Shown here: positions 61,340 to 64,000 of the stretch, in pieces | How positions within the stretch are numbered: the first letter of the stretch is position 1 | How the letters are laid out: each line of letters opens with the position of its first letter | Assembly (NCBI GenBank): GCA_030390025.1 | Contig: CM059429.1 | Coordinates: 34,162,001-34,226,000 of the forward strand | Reading direction: 5' to 3' | Source of the DNA: Squalus acanthias | Lineage: Eukaryota | Length of the DNA: 64,000 bases | Notes under the pieces: model-generated | Database searches by the model: none | Told to the model about the DNA's origin: nothing | Seen by the model: the letters and a program-made list of their open reading frames with translations, nothing else | Translations under genes and position numbers: made by a program

Positions 61340-61700
61340 CTGAGCCGTATGGATCAGGAAGGTCCTCGGTTTGATACCGTGCCTGTGCTGAGTTAGCTGA
61401 CCCAGCCAGATCAGTGGTGGGAGCAACACAGTTATCCTTGGTGTCCCTGATGCAATTGGCTTCAATGTCTCTGAGCTAGAGAGATGATAAACTGGCCAAG
61501 ATTCCCACTCCTGAGCAATATCCAGTGATCCCTGCTGGCAAAGGCAAATTGTAGACATCAGATGAGCACAGGATTGGTCTCAGGTTGCAATGATTTTCAT
61601 GGTCCAAAACCTGCTAATACTCACTGCCTACTGTGGCCACATGTACCAGGGACTGGAAAACTGCCGGTACTTTTGAATATGCATTTCACTAGTCTCTGGC
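61340..61700 (+). mobile_element. Old tRNA-headed SINE-like repeat (family unassigned)
   Basis: B-box-like ggtttgatacc; partial relatives at 26470-26765 (-), ~31940-32060 and ~56300-56410. Confidence 0.6.
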
Positions 61701-62029
61701 TTTAGGATAGGTTGGAAGAAAAGGGCAGCACATTGTAGAAAGTATGGGTTCTTGCCATGTTTGTTTTTGCATGAGACATAAATATATATTTTATTTAATT
61801 TGGATATTCCATATTATTATTGAAAGAAGTTTTCTTGGTGTCTGGCTAACATTCTTCCCTCAACAAAAACTACAAAAAAAACCCCAGATTAAATAGTAAT
61901 TCCTTTCATTACTGCTTGTGGGACCTTGCTTTGTGCAAGATGACTTCCACATTCACCTACATAACATAGTGACTAGACTCAGTTCCTAAAGCTGCTGGAA
62001 GAGCCTGCTGTGAAAGCTGAATTAATAGT

Positions 62030-62750
62030 AACATAGGAACACGAGGATGCCATTCAGCCCCTTGAGCCTGTTCCACCATTCAATTAGATCATGGCTGATC
62101 TGTATCTCAACTCCATCTACCCACTTTGGTTCTGTAACCCTTAATGCCCTTGCCTAACAAAAATCTTATCAATCTATGGTTTGAAATTTTCAATTGATCT
62201 AGCCTCAACAGCCTTTTGGGGGAGAGAGATCCAGATTTACACTACCCTTTTGTGTGAAGAAGTTCTTTCTGACATCTCCCTTGAACAGCCTAGCTCAAAT
62301 TTTTTGGTTGTGCCTCCTTGTTCTGGACAACCCCACCAGAGGAAATGGCTTCTCTCTCTCTCTGCCCTATCAACTCCTTTGATCATCTTAAACGCCTCAA
62401 TTAGATCACCCCAATCAATATTCAAGGAATACAAAGCTAGTCTGTTCAACCTGTCCTCATAACTTAACCCTTTTAGCCCTGGTATCATTCTGGTGAATCT
62501 GCACTGCATCCCCTCCAAGGCCAGTAAATCCTTCCTGAGGTGCAGTCCTCCAGATATGGTCTAACCAATGCGCTGTATAATTGTAACGTAACGTCCACCC
62601 CTTTGTATTCCAGCCCTCTTGAGATAAAGGCCAACATTCCATTAGCCTTTTAAATTATTTTTTGCACCTGTCCACTAGCTTTTAGTGATTTCTGTACTGG
62701 GACCTCTAAATCTCTCTGCTCATCCACAGTTCCTAGTTTCTCTAGTTTAA
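62030..62750 (-). mobile_element. CR1 LINE 3' fragment
   Basis: Minus RFTRMIPGLKGLSYEDRLNRLALYSL. Confidence 0.9.
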
Positions 62751-63289
62751 ACCCTACCACATTGGTTGTCTGAGAACCTATGTGCTGGAGCAGATGCTAT
62801 GTTTGCTGCAGTGCACACTACTGCAATGTGGTTTCACTGCTTTGATTTAAGTTAAATTTAATATATAACATTGGTAGCAGACACAGCAAACCCACTGCAC
62901 CACTAGTCAGGTCACTGTGCATTCCCTTTTTTATACAAACCTGTCGAGGTGAAATGAAAGAACAATATTGCCTCTTCAATTTGAACTGAATAGCTAGATA
63001 AAAATTGGAAAACACGTGAAAGGAACTTGTGTAGAAATACTCATGAGTTGTCACACAGTATTTTAATGGGCTGAAAGAAAGAGTTTCAGCATCTTTCTAA
63101 AAATCAAAGTTAAAATCATTCATGATGAACTTTAAGATCCACCATTCCCCTGTCTATTTACTGTTGTTTTTTCCCCAGCTATTTTCTTCCCTCTTGTCCT
63201 AAAGATGACTCCTTGTTAGGATACAGTTCCATGGGTGTCAGTTGCCCTCCAAGTAACATGTGTGCCAATTTGGAAAACTAGCAAAGCTG

Positions 63290-63460
63290 AACAACAACAA
63301 CTTGCATTTATGTAGTGACTTTAATAGAAAAAAGTGCTTCACAGATAGGTGTAAGGGGAGCTGGTAGGGAGAGGGGTGATTGAAAGCTTGGTCAAAGAGA
63401 TGGGTCTCGAGGTTTTTAAAGGTGGAGAGATATGGAGAGGCAAAAAGGTTTAGGTGGGGA
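63290..63460 (-). mobile_element. L2-type 3' tail fragment
   Basis: caacaacaacttgcatttat..gtgcttcacag is the reverse of the tail type at 52640-52700. Confidence 0.6.
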
Positions 63461-64000
63461 ATATACCCAACATTCCTTCATTTGTATTGGAGGAAAAAGA
63501 ACCTAAGTACATAAAAGCCTGAAGCGGGAAATCCAGATGTTGAAGGCACAAAATTGGTAATGCATTTCTATGGGGATCTAGTAACATAATGCTCTTGACT
63601 TTTTACATTAAAATTATGTGTTCTGGTTAATTTTAAGCAGTTTTACAGTTTACAATTGATAAAATATTAATTGAATAAAAATAAAACCAAGTCAATAGAC
63701 CATGCTGGCACTCTTCGTCCTTTCAGTTAATGGTGGCACTCCTCCCTCCCAGTCAATGATAGCACTCGTCTTCCTACTCCAACCCAAGGAAGTGCTCTCA
63801 GCTTCTTCCCTTTGGCCCCCCTCCCCCAAAGCACCACCCCCAACCTCTGCTTCCTTCGCTCCTCCCACTAAGTTGCCTCAATAGTCACTAACCCATATCC
63901 CAACTTCCTGTCCCTAGACTACCTTCAGACCTGTTTCAAAGAGACCGTACACCCCATCCAACTCCACTTTCTTTTACAGAGAGACTTGCTTCTCTTCCAA

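Noticed and set aside
966-63884. Numerous 60-150 aa ORFs in the track outside the listed exons and LINEs
   Set aside because: No recognisable domains or splice support; they are antisense to exons or LINEs, or random intronic ORFs.

Overview
Vertebrate genomic DNA, most likely from a cartilaginous fish (inferred from V-SINE/HE1-like, DeuSINE-like, CR1 and L2 repeats). It holds the last 25 coding exons of EIF4G1 on the + strand (229-47392). I spliced these by hand to 4425 nt in one frame, covering the eIF4E-binding motif and the MIF4G, MA3 and W2 domains; the start codon lies upstream of the window. About 10 kb downstream are a putative promoter and the first five coding exons of an alkaline phosphatase gene (+, from 57861, running past the window end). 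Introns carry many LINE fragments (one CR1 with an uninterrupted ~2.2 kb ORF2), SINEs and two or three MITE families, plus a 130-N gap. I found no wholly new biological system. The best leads are a 24x 12-bp coding minisatellite in eIF4G1, an unusual Cys pair around the phosphatase catalytic Ser, a ~215-bp direct repeat bracketing phosphatase exons 1-3, a MITE-like element in the EIF4G1 3' UTR, and a GC-AG intron. Repeat boundaries are approximate and family names come from recall, not a database search.
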